Of a DNA stretch of 64,000 nt, positions 34,335-46,700 are shown piece after piece. The position numbers were made by a program, and so were the translations under genes. Every line of letters starts with the position of its first letter. Position 1 is the first letter of the stretch. Source of the stretch: Planctomycetota bacterium (GTDB taxonomy: Bacteria; Planctomycetota; MHYJ01; JACPTZ01). Below the pieces are notes generated by a model. The model was not told the origin of the DNA, ran no database searches, and saw nothing but the letters and a program-made list of their open reading frames with translations. The stretch lies in NCBI GenBank assembly GCA_016192525.1, contig JACPTZ010000132.1, positions 4,202 through 68,201 of the forward strand, given 5' to 3'.

Positions 34335-37300
34335 TCATCGTCGCCGCCCGACCCACAGGAGCAGTCCGGCGACCCATAAGAATACCACACCGAACGGACC
34401 CTGGCGCCCGATTTCGCGGACGAAGCACCCGCCGCCGCTGCTGCCCGAGCCGCCACCGGCACCGGGCACGGGTAGCGAGCTACCCGTGCCACCCGAATCG
34501 CCCGTCGCGGTCGCGCCGACGGCCGCTACCGGGATCGGCACGGCGATCCCGCCCGGGTCCTCGATCACCCCGTTCGGCGCGCCGTCCGCGTCCTCCGGTC
34601 CGCCGTCGGTGAGCGTGAGCGTGACCACGTTGTCCCCGTCGCCGAGCCCCGTCGCCCCGGCGAACGTGGCCCAGCCGGTCGTGAATTTCAGGTAGACGGC
34701 GTTGGTCGGGATGCTCGTGGAGGCGTCATAGGCGATCGTCACCGTGACCGCCGCCGCCCCGCCCGTGTTCACGTTGAAGCGGAGGAGCCCGAGCGGCATC
34801 GTGTAGCCGGAGGGACCGCCGCCGGTCGCGGAGGTGTTCTCCACCGGTGTGGCGTACCCGGCGGTGACGACCCGCGTCAGCGTTGCCCCCGGCGTTGTTG
34901 TCTCGATCACGATCAGGGCGCCGGCCAGGCCGGGGAGGCCGAGCGCATCCGCCTCCGTCTCCGACACGACGAATCCCAGCACGTCGCCCTGCCCGACGCC
35001 CTCGTACGCCGCCGGCTCGAGGGCGTCCACGACGCCGTCTCCATCGGTGTCGAGTGGCGACGCGGGATCGCCGCCGATCTCGGCCGCGTCGGACTGGCCG
35101 TCGCCGTCGGTGTCGCCGTCCATATCGTTCGGATCGGTCCCGAGGGCGATCTCATCGGCGTTCAGAATCCCGTCGCCGTCGATGTCCTGTCCCGGCGGCG
35201 CCGGCGAGATCGTCGCGTCCGGCGTATTCCCGAAGGCCCCGATGTTGATCCGGCTTCCGTTATAGTAGGGCTCCAGGTTGTACGCGTCGGCCGGGTCTCC
35301 CGCGTCGACATTAGGCGATCCGGAGGCCTCCCGGTAGTCACCGTTCAGGGCGTCGAGGAAGGCGACGGCGGAGGAGATCGAGTTCGCGTCCGCCGCGAGG
35401 CCGCTGTAGTCGGCGGTTCCGCTCCCCACGACGTTATTGTATCCAAGCGTGGCGAACGGGGCCGAGGAGGCATCGGACTGGAGACCGAACTGCCCGGCCC
35501 CCTGGATGAGCGTGTTCCGGACGGCGCTCTGGGAGTTCAGAAGGTCGATTCCGAGATCGGTCGGAGCGTCGATCGTAACATTGATGACTTCGAGGTCGGC
35601 CGCGTTTTCGGCCCGGACCCCGACGTCGCAGGCACGAATGACGACGTTTCGGAGCTGGAGGACCCCGCCGTCGGCGTCGGCCCCGATGGCGGCGCCCAGG
35701 AGGGAGAGATCGCGCAGTTCCGCCCGGTTCCCGTTCGATGCCGCCACGACGATCAGGGCCCCGACCATGCCCTTCCCGTCGATCCGCGTGCCCGACGGGC
35801 CGGGGCCCGCACCGGCGAGAGTGACGCCCTCGGGGAGCGAGAGCCCGGTCAGCTGGCCGTAATCGCCGGCGTCCAGAAGGACCCGGTCCCCGTCCCCGGC
35901 CGCCGCGAGGGCGGCGGCGACGGAGGGATAAGTGGCCGTCCCCCCGCCGGCGATCTCGAGGGTGACGGGGAGGGACGGGATGACCGAGGACTGCACGTCG
36001 GCGCTCGTGAGCGCGGTGGCGTCCACGGCGACGATCGAGAAGTCGTAGGCGACGTTGTTCGTCAGACCTCCCCACGAGTAAGAGCCGGAGCCCCCCACGT
36101 CGACGTACGGACCGAAGGAGGTGGCGCCGCTGAGCCGCACGGCCGCCTCGTAGTGATCGACATCGGGGGACGGGCTGGCCCCCCACGTGAGCGTAGCCGC
36201 GCCATCGGCGGGGACGGCCCCGAAGAACGCCGGGGGGGCGGGCGGGACCGTAACGACGAACGTCTGCGTGGCGGAGAAGGGCGAGGCCGCCCCGTTCGCG
36301 TCCCGGGCCCGCACGGCCCAGGCCACGGTCGAGTTGTCCGGCAGAGAGCCGATCGCGAGCGAAGCGGCGGCCCCGGCGGAGACCTCGGTGTAGTCGATCA
36401 GGTCGCCGTCGATGTCGTAGCGCACGATGTAGGTGACGGTATCGCCGTCGGGATCGGCGACGGCGTCCCACAGGAGCGTCGTGGAGTCGGTGAGAATCGC
36501 CGTGCCGCCGGCGGGCGCAAACCCGCTTGCGGGCGCGGGGGGTGGCGCGTTCGGGGAGTTGAAGCAGTGGACGGTCCCGTTCCAGGTGCAGACGATGATG
36601 CGGCCGTTGGCAAACACGGGCGAGGCGGCGCAGGGGCCGGAGAGGGGGTACGGCGACGCGGCGAGATCGGCGCCGGTGGCCAGATCGAGGACCCGCAACT
36701 GCGCGGAGCCCTGCGTGGCGCAGATGGCTTGAGTGGACGTGGTGAGCGGCGACGGAGTGATTCCGATCTGCTCGAGCGTGTTGCCGAGCGAGAGGTTCCA
36801 GAGAGGGCCGCCGGAGGCCGCGTCGCGCGCGAAGAGACTCAGCCCCGTTCCCGGGCGCTGTCCGGCGACGAACAGCAGGGTCCCGCCGGCGACCGAGGGG
36901 GACGACGCCGCGGGATTCGACCAGGGCGGCGGAGCGGACGGGTTCTCGAATTTCGCCGACCAGATGACCGAGGAGAGGTCGGGCGCAAGGGCGGCAAACC
37001 GCTTCGACTGCCGCGCCACGGTCAGGAAAACGCCCGTGGGGGTGGCGGCCGGAGCGGCGATCTCCGCCGAGCCCCCGAGCTCGAACGACCCCACGAGGGC
37101 GCCGCCGAGAGGGCCGGTGCTGAAGGCCGAATACACCCCCTTGTTGTTCCCGACATAGACCCGGCCGCCTTCCACCGCGGGGGCGCCGAAGACAAACGCC
37201 CCCGCATCGCCGCTCCACAGCGGCGCCCCGCTGGTCGCGTCGACGGCGTGGAGGGTCGTCTCCGGAAAGCCGCTCCCCACGTAAATCACCCCGTCGACAG

Positions 37301-37757
37301 CCACGGGCGAGGACATGCAGTTCCCCCCCAGGGTGGCGGTCCAGAGGGTCGCGCCGGTCGCCGCGTCCAGGGCTCGAAGAGTGCGCTCCATCGTGGCCAC
37401 GTAGAGCCGGCCTCCGTAGGCGAGCGGAGCGGCGTTTACGGCGTTGTGCGGGTGATCGGCCACCCTGACGTTCCACACGGTTGAACCGTCGGCCAGCCGG
37501 AGGGCATGCACCTCGCCGGAATTCAGACAGATGTAGGCGAGATCGCCCGCGACCACCGGAGAGGCGACGATTTCCTCGCCCGGGAAGGAGACCGTCCATC
37601 CTCCGGCGCCGGACTCGCTCACGGGAAGGACAAGCGTCTCGGCCGACGATCGCGTCCCGCCCGGCGTCCCGCCGAAGGACGGCCAGTCGTCGGCCATCGC
37701 CGGTCCGGACACGAGGAACAAGACAACGAATGTGAGCAGGGTCCTTCTCATCGCCAC
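34335..37757 (-). CDS. Multidomain surface protein, paralog of 15550-19023 (PQQ-like propeller, 2x FN3, beta-helix, TSP3 repeats, beta-sandwich, Cys-containing C-terminal tail); partner of the 8,466-aa giant
   Basis: 1140 aa. Signal peptide MAMRRTLLTFVVLFLVSGPAMA-DDWPSFGG, with the same domain order as its paralog. The C-terminal ~110 aa is nearly identical to the paralog (GPSGYTMPLGLLRFNVNTGG...LTLTDGGPEDADGAPNGVIEDPGG). The tail is GGGCFVREIGRQGPFGVVFLWVAGLLLWVGRRR. It starts 10 nt (GTG 37757) or 16 nt (ATG 37751) after the giant gene's stop. Confidence 0.85.
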   Translation of the reverse strand: MAMRRTLLTFVVLFLVSGPAMADDWPSFGGTPGGTRSSAETLVLPVSESGAGGWTVSFPGEEIVASPVVAGDLAYICLNSGEVHALRLADGSTVWNVRVADHPHNAVNAAPLAYGGRLYVATMERTLRALDAATGATLWTATLGGNCMSSPVAVDGVIYVGSGFPETTLHAVDATSGAPLWSGDAGAFVFGAPAVEGGRVYVGNNKGVYSAFSTGPLGGALVGSFELGGSAEIAAPAATPTGVFLTVARQSKRFAALAPDLSSVIWSAKFENPSAPPPWSNPAASSPSVAGGTLLFVAGQRPGTGLSLFARDAASGGPLWNLSLGNTLEQIGITPSPLTTSTQAICATQGSAQLRVLDLATGADLAASPYPLSGPCAASPVFANGRIIVCTWNGTVHCFNSPNAPPPAPASGFAPAGGTAILTDSTTLLWDAVADPDGDTVTYIVRYDIDGDLIDYTEVSAGAAASLAIGSLPDNSTVAWAVRARDANGAASPFSATQTFVVTVPPAPPAFFGAVPADGAATLTWGASPSPDVDHYEAAVRLSGATSFGPYVDVGGSGSYSWGGLTNNVAYDFSIVAVDATALTSADVQSSVIPSLPVTLEIAGGGTATYPSVAAALAAAGDGDRVLLDAGDYGQLTGLSLPEGVTLAGAGPGPSGTRIDGKGMVGALIVVAASNGNRAELRDLSLLGAAIGADADGGVLQLRNVVIRACDVGVRAENAADLEVINVTIDAPTDLGIDLLNSQSAVRNTLIQGAGQFGLQSDASSAPFATLGYNNVVGSGTADYSGLAADANSISSAVAFLDALNGDYREASGSPNVDAGDPADAYNLEPYYNGSRINIGAFGNTPDATISPAPPGQDIDGDGILNADEIALGTDPNDMDGDTDGDGQSDAAEIGGDPASPLDTDGDGVVDALEPAAYEGVGQGDVLGFVVSETEADALGLPGLAGALIVIETTTPGATLTRVVTAGYATPVENTSATGGGPSGYTMPLGLLRFNVNTGGAAAVTVTIAYDASTSIPTNAVYLKFTTGWATFAGATGLGDGDNVVTLTLTDGGPEDADGAPNGVIEDPGGIAVPIPVAAVGATATGDSGGTGSSLPVPGAGGGSGSSGGGCFVREIGRQGPFGVVFLWVAGLLLWVGRRR

Positions 37758-37766
37758 CTATCCATC

Positions 37767-40700
37767 CTAAGGATCCACATAGTAGATCGTCCCGTTCTTC
37801 GTTCCCACGATGATCTGCGCGATCATCGGACCGAGCCCGTCCCAGTCGTCCTGAGCGGAGATGTCGGTCAGGGGGCTGGACCCCAACTGGTATCTCTTGA
37901 CGATGGTCATTGCCGCCGGAGGATCCGGAGCGACGTCCACGACATACAGGGTTCCGGCGTCGTTTCCGATGTAGGCGCGCAGCCCTGGACCGAGGTTGAT
38001 GACCAGGGGGGCCGAGCTGGCGTTCGTGCCGCCGAGGGCGAGGGCCTGACCGGGGCCAATCGCGCCTCCGGCCGCAGAAATGCGGACCAGGTACCCATTG
38101 TACGTCCCCACATAGGGGCCGTAGGAATCTCCCCAGATGTCCGGGAGCCTCTTGACGCCGCCCAGCGTCGTCACCCCGTCGATCAGGCTGACGGGGAACC
38201 CCGACACCGCCGCATAGGGCCGGCTCACGACGGCGTCCACCGCATAGCTGCCCGTAATCGTTCCGATTCCCGTAAACCGCGGCGTCGGACTCGACGCGAT
38301 GCCGGTGTAGGTAATAACCTCCCCGCCGATCGACAACTGGCCGGACGACGGCCAGCCCGCGGTGTCGGCCACCTCGATGGTCCCGTCGCCGCCGACGCTC
38401 TGATCTGCCGAACTCACGGCTTCATCGGTATCGGTGCTCGTGGAGATCCGGGCATCCAGGCCGACGAACTGCCCGACGAGGGAGGCATCGAGCTTGTCGT
38501 ACGTGCCCGCATAGACCCGCCCGTCCGTGCCGCGGTACGCGATGGGGGCATCGATGATCTTGTCGTCGGCGCCGCCGGAACTTCCCCAGCCGGCCGTGAA
38601 GTTGAATCCGGCGGACGAGAGCTCCCCTCGGGCGCAGTCGATCGCCGCATTGGAAGCCCCCATCTGGACCAGCCAACTGGTGCGAATGCCCGCGCTGTCG
38701 ACGGCCGGCGCGGCGCCGAGGGACGAGAAACTGGCGCCGGCGTTCAGATAGGGACCCGACGCGGCCGGATCCGATCGCTGTGTCTGGTAGGTGGCGCCGC
38801 CGCCCCAGACGAAGTCCGGATTCACGATGGCCCCGTCCGGGACATCGATGAGACGCAGGCAAAGCGCGAACATGTTGCGGTCCGGATCCGTGCCGGCATC
38901 TCCTCCGTCGGGCACCTCCCCACCGAACATCATGTGATACCCGCAGCTGTTGCCCTCGATAAGGCCGATGATCGCCGTCGAGATCTTCGTCACGGGATAG
39001 CCGGTGAGGTCCCAGGCCTTGGCGAGGGTGAGGGTGAGCGTGGCCGGAACATACTCGAGCATGAGCAGCCATCCGCCCTCGGTCCCGATGAAGGCGACAT
39101 TCCGTGTCTTGGCGCTCCCGACGGGGGAACTGCTCGCCTGGGAACCGCTGATATTCGTCACCCCGGTCAGTCGCTCAGGAGCTGTATCCAAACCGGAGTA
39201 ATAGACCAGGACGTCCCCGACGAAGGCCGCCCCGCCCGAGGGATCAAACCCCGCGGTCGAAGTCACTTCGATGTCGCCCTCGGTCCCGTCCGGATCGGCT
39301 GCTCCGCCCGCCAGGTCGGCGGAATCGACCGTCTCCTCCGTGAACGTCGAGGCCACCCCGTCGCCGAAGTAGAGCGTGTCCCACCAGACCAGCCCCGCCA
39401 GCGCCCCGTACGTGGCGTCCGAAACGGTGACCTGACCGATCACCTCACCATCTATGTCCAGCAGGTAGATAATGTCGTCGCCCGCGATGCGCTGAACGGC
39501 GTAGGTCCCCAAGAAATCGCCGGAGTCCAGGTCGAACGCGCCCGACGGAAAGAGCTGGTTCTCCCCGAGCACTTCGTCATTCCCGCGCGGGACCCAGTAC
39601 ACGACCCCTCCCCCGCCGTCCGAGATCCCGTCGTCGTCCGCGTCGTCGTCGCTGTCGTTGGCCTCTCCGGAGCCGGGGCCGTTGGCCGTGTCCGCGGCAT
39701 CGTCCTCGAAGGTGAGGCGCAAGTCGGAGCCGAGGGCGGGGTCGCTTACAATGACGTTCTTTCCGCCTGCAAGGAACGAGTCGTCGAAATAGCAGCGCGA
39801 ACAGAAGAGGCTCAGCGCCGCCGATTTCGTCACCCTGAGATGCGCGCCGCCGGCGGGCGCGTTCAGGAACCGGACCCGGGCGAGAGAGGTGAACGTCCCA
39901 CACTGGTCCAGGAACATTCCTGTGGCGTTCGGGGAGTTGAAATTGAGTCCGTTGATGTTGACCGTCCCGGTCGACGCCACCGAGAACCCGAAGCGGTCGG
40001 TATTCGGAATCGCGCCCTGGACGGTGGGCCAGTCGAACCAGTCGCCGGGATCGACGGTGGAGGTCTGGATCGTGCCGTTCACGGTGACCGCCTTGGTGTT
40101 CCAGATCGCGAGTACGGGCCTTGAAGCGGCGTCATCGGTCAGGTCCCTCATACGGAGGGTGGCGCCGGCCGAGACGGTGAGAGAGTCCTTGAGCGTCAAG
40201 ATCGCGGTGCCGAGGTCGAGAGTGCCACTGAGGACCCTCAGGAGCCCGGGCGCGTCGACGGTCGAATCGCCGGCAAGGGTGGCCACGACGCCGGCCGAGA
40301 CGCCGATATCGAGTTTCCCGTAGGTTGCTGTCCCCACGACGCAATCGGCCGTCTGGGAGTACAGCACCGTTCCCGACCCGGGCACAAAGGAGGTGGCGGC
40401 GAGCGGCGAAGTCACCGTGCACGTCCCGGCAAACTCCAGCGTTCCCACTCCGGTGAACTCGAGAGTGCCGTTCGCGCCGTTCCAGGCGCCGCCGACCGAT
40501 AGCGTCCCGTCCCGGATACGGATGATCCGCGTCCCGACGGCGCCGTAGGAGACGATTCCGCTCACGGTCGTCATCCCCGACCCGCGTTCGAGGATGCCGC
40601 CGTTGACCGTGAGGTTGCCGGTGATGCCGGGATCGCCGATCGGCGTTACGGTCTGTGTGGTGTCCGAGAGATCGAGCATGAGGCTGGGAAGGTCGTCCCC

Positions 40701-43700
40701 GTTCGGCGCGGTGAAGGTGCTCGTGGCATCACCGATGAACCGGATGAGGGCGGTGCCGGCGGGGTCGAGGATGCCCGCCGCGCCGCCGGTCTCAAGCGTC
40801 CGCAGCGTCCCGCCGATGCGCAGCGTACAAGTCGCATTCAGCGTGAGGGTGGCGTTCGGAGTGGAGTCGCGGACGAGCATGCTCCGACACTCGGCCGTGG
40901 CGGAGGGGCCGATCGCAGGAAGTCGCGTGGAGGCCGGATAGGCCACGGCGATGTCCTCGCCGGGGATGTCGTCGATGTCCACGAGATACCCCGGCACGGA
41001 AAGGACGGAACTGGCGACCGGGTGGGAGTCATCGACCCCCGCGACGCCCGTCAGGCGCAAGGGTCCCGTAGCCACGCCGGTGTAGGTGATGGTGTCGGGC
41101 ACGCCGCCTGTGGTGATCTGAACCGAGTAGGGCGGGGCGGGATTGCCCGGCTTCGCGGGATCGGGGAATCCCCGCAGGGAGTTCACCTCGATGGTGCCGT
41201 CGACGTTGTCCGCGGCATCCACGATCTCGACGGTCGTCCCCCGCGGGGTCCAGTTGTCCGGGTCGAACCAGTCGGTCGAGTCGTCCCCGGTCCAGGCCCG
41301 GAAGGGGAGCCAGACGATGCTCGCCGCCGCCACGGTCCCCGTCCCGGTCAGCCCGGTGGGAGAGAACTCTTCGTCGTTCTCGTTCACCTCGCCGTCCCCG
41401 CCCGGCACCATGTTCCCCGTGGGGTAACTGACGTACAACCGCGCGAGGAGGACTGAGAAGAAGCCGGAAGCGGTGGTAATGTTGAAGACCGGCGTGGTCG
41501 TGTTCGGAACCCCCGGAGGCGGACCAACGAGTTCGGCCCCGCCCGAGAACTTGCAGGCGGAGATCGTCGGCTTTCGGGCCGGGCCCGTCGCGCCAAACCT
41601 CATGTAGGTCCCGTAGGGGCTCGGATCGCCGTTGGCGAACTCGATGTCGCTGATCACGGTGACGGAGTTCGGCGAGGCGATGTTCAGCCCGTTCACGTCC
41701 GCCCACTCCATCTCCAGTCCCTCGATCTCCACCTCGCCCCCGGCGGAGACCGTGAACGAGTACCGGCCTCCCCCGCTCCGTGTGATCTTTGGCTTGGGGG
41801 CCGGCGGGTTCGGGAAGAGAAGCGTGACGATCTTCCCGTCGATCTGCGCCCCCCTCCCGCTCCCGATGGCGAGCGTCGGACGCCGGGCCGGCGAGTCCTC
41901 GCCCTGAAGCCGGAGGGTCGCCCCCGCGGACACCTTGAGCCCCTCAGTGACTGAGAGCGTGAAGTCGGCGCCGGACGGGTCCAGACTGAGCGTACCGGAC
42001 GTGACCTCGAGGGAAGGCGTGGCCGGCCAAGTTCCCCCCGTCACCGAATCGGTGGCGCTCATCGTGACCTTGTACGTGGCCCCGCAGGCGATCTTGAGGC
42101 GGTAGTAGTTCCACCCGGCGGCGGTGAGCAGGTTCTGGTCGCTGGAGGGGGCTCCGTACACCACCAGACTCTGACCCGGCGTGAAGGTCCCCAGACTGAC
42201 CGGGGGTCCATTGATATTGATCGTGGTCGATCCCCCCGTCACGACGGTCAACGTGATGTCGGTCGCGTCGAACGACCCCCCGACCGTGAAGACGCTGTTC
42301 TCGACGGTGAGGGTCCTCGTCCCGCCCGCGGCGCCGGCCTTCGAGAAGACGCCGCCCACCGTCACCGTGGCGTTCAGGATGGGCAGCGTCCCCTGTTTCA
42401 GCCGCAAATCGCCGCCGACCGCCGTCGTGCCGGGGAATGGGATGGCCACCGCCCCGGAGGTCTTGTCGATTTCCAGGGCCCCCAAGGTCGAGCCGCCCGC
42501 GTTCAACGTCTGCCCGGCGGTCCCGTACAACCGCAGAACGCTCGTGGGATCCGCGCCGATCGTCCCGCCGCTCTTGAGCAGGCTGCCCGTGAGCTGGAGG
42601 GTGGCTCCGGCCGGGAGCGTGAGCGTTCGACCCGTCATCCACAGGTTGCGGCCGTCACCGGTCGCGATGTTCAACGTGGGGTCGGGGTTCGCGCCCGCCG
42701 CGATGAGCAGATCATCGGCGGGTTGGGGGTAGTTGTCGCTCGGGCTCCAGTTGAGGGGGTCGTTCCAGGCCGTGGTCCCGTTCGCCCCGGTCCAGGTGCG
42801 GGCCGTGGGCCAACGGATGTCTCCCGTGGCGGCCCCGGTGGCGGGAGAGGTCTCTCCGTCCCTCTCGTACGCGACGGTCCCGCCGAGCCCGGACGGGAAC
42901 GACATCGTGACGGTGCCGGCGAACGGCGGATTGGACGTGAAAATGTTGTAGTCACCCGCCGCGAGGGCGGCGAAGTCGCAGAAGGCGAAATTCAGATTGC
43001 CGGAGACCCCATCGTCGAGGCGCACACCCGTCCCTCCGGGGCTGAACGTGTCGTGGAAACTCACGTTGTTCAACTGGGCGATGGTGGCCCCGGTGCGGGC
43101 ATAAAGACCGTTGGCGTTCGCGAATCCGAAGTCCAGCCCGTCCACGTCGATCGTGCCCGGCGGATCGACGACGAAGGCGAACGGCCCCGCCCCCGTCACC
43201 GACGGCTTGATGGGCGTCGCGCTCTGCCGGGACAGGAAGGTCCCGAGCACTGTGACCGTCTTTCCCGACGCCACCGCCAGGGTGGGGGTCGGCAGCGCGG
43301 CCCCGGCCTGCAGGCGGAGCGTCGCGCCCGCGGACACGTCGAGGCCGTTGTTCGCGGTGAGCGTGGACGTGCCCAGGTCCATCGTGCCCGAGAAGACCTG
43401 GACGAGACCGCCGGCGGTGGCGTCTCCTCCAAGGGTGGCGATCTTGACGTTGACGTTGACCTGCAACCGGTTGTATCCGGCGAAGGGGAAGATCGAGCTG
43501 TTGCTCGTCTGGTTGGAGTAGCTGCAGATGCCGTTGGCCCCGGGAGCGTAGGTCCCCAGACTGCTCACCGAACCGCCGATGACGAGGGCCCCGGCCCCTC
43601 CCCCCGTGTTCGTGATCGTCCCGCCGGTCCCATTGAGCGTCCCGTTGCAGGTCAACGTGCCGCTGGTGAGCGTGATCGCGCGCGTCACTCCCGGCCCCGG

Positions 43701-46700
43701 GAAGTTCAGGATGCCGCCGACCGTGCAGGCGCGCGAGTTGATGTCGAGCGTCCCCTGCTTGATCGTGAGGTTGTTGCTCACGGTCACGCTCCCCGGGGCG
43801 CCGGTGAGCGCGACCGAGCCCGACGTCTTGTCGAGTTCGATGTTGAGATAGCCTCCCGGACCGGGACCGGGACCGGGCGTGAAGTTCTGCGCCCCCGTGC
43901 CCGTGAAGGCGAGTTTCGCGTCCAGGATGACCGCGGCCCCGTTCGTATGCGAAGCGGGCGCCCCGCGGGTCAGCCCCGTGAAACTGTTGCCGGTCTTCGC
44001 CGTGTAGGTCATGTCTTCGGAATCGATGCGGAGGGTCCCGCTGTCGGCGAAGGCGCCGGTCGAGACCACGTTCGCCACGCTGTCGCCGGTCCCCATGGGG
44101 GCGCTGAGCGTCGTGGCGGCCGCCGTGAAGGAGCCAGAGTTGGTGAGGTGCCCGTTGACGTTGAGGACCCCGCCCCAGAGGAACTCGACGGGCGCGAACA
44201 CGTTGACGATCAGATTGCGGCACGAAACCGAGGCGCCGAGCCGCGGATCGTAGAACTGGTTCGGGATAATGGCATCCTCGGCCGCCTGCGGGAAGTTATC
44301 GCCCGGAGTCCAGTTCGCCGGGATGATCCAGTCGAACTGATCGAGAATCCCGTTCGCGTTGGCGTCTCCGCCGACGTTGTTTCCCCCCGCCCATGTTCGC
44401 GTCACGATCCACTCGATACTGCCGGGGGTGATTGTGCCCCCGACCCTGTCGTCCTCATACGTCTGCCCCGATCGCCCGCCGCTGCTGTTCCCCATGAGAA
44501 CGGTTGAGTCGGTGGTGTACGGGGCGGCATTCGGGGTGCGAACATTGTACGTCGCGGGATTGGCGCCCGGAAACTCGCACCCCGTGATGTTGAGCGGATT
44601 CGCGCCCGAGGGCTGCGTGGTCTGCAGGTTGAGCCAGACGCCGCCGGGATCGACCCCGTACGAGAACTTGACGTTGCTCATGTTGTAGCTGGTGAGCGTG
44701 GCCGTGCCGCCGATCGCCATCCCGGATGCGTTCGTCGACCCCACGTTCAGCCCGTCCACCGTCACCGTCCCGTTCAGCGTCAGCCCGTACCGGTCCGTCC
44801 CCGGATTCGTGCTCGTCACCGTCGGAAAGTTGGGACTCGTCCCGCTCGCGGAGAACGTCCCGTCCACCTGGAGCGTGGAACCTGCCCCCACTCGCAGCGT
44901 GCATGCGTTCGTCAGCGTCAGCGTACTCGACGCGTTCACCGTCACGTTTCCCGTCACCCGAAGGTCCGATCCCCCCGCCAGCGCCAGCGTCCGCGCCGGA
45001 GGCCCCGCCGCCACCGTCAGCGTCCCGTCCGCCGTCGCCGTCCCGTTCAGCGTCACCGTGTACCCCGCGTTGTCGATCAGGACGTTCTGGTAGTCCACCG
45101 CCGCCATCGTCTGGTCCAGGGTCCCCAGATACTGCACCGTCCCCGACCCCGCCGTGAACGACGCCGTCGTTCCAAGACTCGTCACCGCCCCCCTCAACTT
45201 CAAGACCGGCGTCCCCGTGAACGTCATCTTCCCCGTCGCGTTCGCGTTCGCGCTCCCCGTCACATCGATCGTGCTCCCCGTCGCCGCCTTCACCTCCTGG
45301 CCATCCGCCACGCTCAGGTTCCCCCCGATCGTCGCGTTGTTCGCCCCCAGGTCCACGATCCCTGTCGTCACGGTCAGGTTCGCTGCGATCGTCAAGGCCC
45401 CCGCCGGGGCGCTCGCCGTGTTCGTGCTCGTGATCGCGAACGTCAGGTGCCGGTATCCCGTCGCCCCGTTCCGCGAGAACGTGAAATCTGCCCCCGTCCG
45501 ATCGTACCGCACCGTCCCCCCCGTCCCCGGCGTCAGCCACACCGTCGCGCCAGGAACGAATGCCACCGCCCCCCCGAAGTCCACCCGCCCCGTGCCCGTG
45601 AAGACGATGTTCTTGTTCGCGTTCGTCGAGTCGGAGATCGTGCACGACCCGTTCAGGTCCAGCACCCCCGTCGAGATCGAGACCGTTCCCCCCGCCGGCG
45701 GCGTCGTGTCCGAAAGACTCGTCGCGCCCGTCACCGTCAGCGTGTTCGATCCGACATCCAGGCCTCCGTCGCTCACCGTCAGCGCGCCGGCCACCGACGT
45801 GGTCCCGCCGAGCAGCGCCGTCGAGTTCAAGCCCTTTGCGATCGTCAGGTTGTAGTACTGCGTCACCGTGTCAACCGTCTGATTCGCGTCCCAGTCGTAT
45901 TGCACCGTCCCCGCCGTCGCGTTCAGCGTTCCCAGGTCCGTCACGGGACCGCTCAGATACAGCGTCCCTCCCCCCGGCGCGAACGTGACTGTCCCTCCCG
46001 TCCCGTCGAACGTCGATCCCGCCGCCAGATCCACCACCCCGCTCCCCGCCCCCGTCCCGAGGTTCAATTTCGACGCGTTCGTCACACTCCCCGCCACGTT
46101 TACCGTCGCCGTTGTGACATCGAACGTCCCCTTCACGATGGCCAGGGACCCCCCGATCGTCAGCGTGAGTCCCGCGGGGGCGGACGCCGTGACGTTCGTC
46201 GGGATGCTCTGCGTCTCGATCGTCAGGTGGTTGTACCCCGTCGCGCCGTTCCTCGAGATCCCGAACGAGGCGTCGGCCCGGTTGAACCGCACCGTCCCCG
46301 ACCCGGGCGTCAGCCACACTGTCGGGTCCGCCGGAAAGGTCGCTGCCCCACCGAAATCCACGCGGCCCCCCGCGAACGCCCCGAAGACGATCAACGCCCC
46401 CGCCTGGATCGTACACGAGCCGTCCAGGTCCAGCAGCCCACCCGAGACCCCGTCCGATACCGTGATCTGCGCGATCGGCGCCAGGGCGTTGTCCGTCATC
46501 GTCGTCGCCCCCGTCACCCTCAGCGTCGCCGCATTCGTCGCCAAGTCCAGCGTCCCGTTGCTCACCGTCAGCGTCCCGCCCACGGCGATCGTCCCCGCGT
46601 CCGCCGTCGCCGTCCCGCCCGCCTTGTCGATCCTGAGGTTGTAGAAAGTCAAGGGCTCGACGGACTGCGCCCCTCCCGAATCGTAGACGACCGTTCCCGA